From: Alphaproteobacteria bacterium
Lineage (GTDB): Bacteria > Pseudomonadota > Alphaproteobacteria > UBA2966
NCBI GenBank assembly: GCA_964291395.2
Contig: OZ219858.1
Location: 736,001 to 800,000, forward strand
Length of the DNA: 64,000 nt
Reading direction: 5' to 3'
The notes under the pieces are model-generated. The model had not been told where the DNA came from. It saw nothing but the letters and a program-made list of their open reading frames with translations, and ran no database searches. Position numbers and translations under genes: made by a program. Positions 63,609 to 64,000 of the stretch are shown piece after piece; position 1 is the first letter of the stretch; the number at the start of each line of letters is the position of its first letter.

Positions 63609-63635
63609 AAAAAGGACGGGGCTGATGCCCCGCCC
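63609..63635 (-). terminator. Rho-independent terminator-like hairpin (intron target)
   Basis: Minus strand GGGCGGGGC-ATCA-GCCCCGTCC-TTTTT. Confidence 0.6.
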
Positions 63636-63699
63636 GCTCCAACCCTGCGCGCTCTTGAGGCGGCCCGGAACTACCGCGCGCGCGGTTCATGCCGACTGA
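63624..63699 (+). pseudogene. C-terminal remnant of a DUF1778 (TacA) antitoxin
   Basis: DAPPAPTLRALEAARNYRAR then, after a frameshift, VHAD*; overlaps the GNAT ATG. Confidence 0.55.
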
Positions 63700-64000
63700 G
63701 CCACCGGCCCTCAGAATCGAGCACTTCGACGCGGCGCGGCATGACCGCGCCGATCTCGACTGTGGCGTCGCCCGTCTGAACAACTATCTCAAGCTGAAAC
63801 GCCAGGAAGCAGCAGAAGGACGACATGACCCGCGTCTATGTCGTCATGGAAGAAGGAAGCACGCGCATCCTCGGCTACCATGCGATAAACCTGGGTATGA
63901 TGAATGCGGACGAGCTCGAGCGCCGGCCGCGCGGGGCACCGGATCACGGAGAGATCCCGATGCTGTTCCTGGGGCAGGTCGCGGTCCCAGAAGACGGCAT
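63689..64000 (+). pseudogene. GNAT acetyltransferase toxin (TacT/AtaT-like), frameshifted, runs off window
   Basis: HDRADLDCGVARLNNYLK then an extra A at 63797-63799; resumes NARKQQKDDMTRVYV...LGYH...IPMLFLGQVAV. Confidence 0.75.

Noticed and set aside
63564-63779. 71-aa ORF
   Set aside because: Chimera of the intron stub antisense, the TacA remnant and off-frame toxin sequence

Overview
High-GC alphaproteobacterial (Rhodospirillales-like) chromosomal window of about 55 protein genes. No rRNA, tRNA, CRISPR array or intact transposase/integrase was seen. 0.7-24 kb: dense cluster of catabolic enzymes of mostly unknown substrate, including SDRs, an M24 hydrolase, a carbamoylase, aminotransferases, two YihU-like reductases, a motif-divergent two-subunit aconitase X followed by two tandem paralogous unknown proteins, Ldh_2 dehydrogenases, TauD, an SlcC/ComC-like pair and tandem LigE-like GSTs. 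Several of these suggest organosulfonate chemistry (inference). 24.8-53 kb: dppBCDF without a binding protein, MlrC, YccA, YbbAP/TesA, ThpR, USP plus Lon-like protease, acetoacetyl-CoA synthetase, a frameshifted MFS, MATE, an old yellow enzyme and a molybdopterin oxidoreductase. 53-62.4 kb: housekeeping block (mug, TrmH family, IalB, rlmN, argG, holA, lptE, leuS, DUF3576). The last 1.5 kb is a decayed mobile patch: helically phased 10-bp repeats, a 15-bp hairpin, a compositionally atypical pyrE, the 5' stub of a class IIC group II intron just after a terminator, and a broken TacA-TacT toxin-antitoxin pair. Best candidate for an undescribed system: the aconitase X locus (6.2-12.9 kb). All family assignments come from motif recognition by eye; no searches were run.
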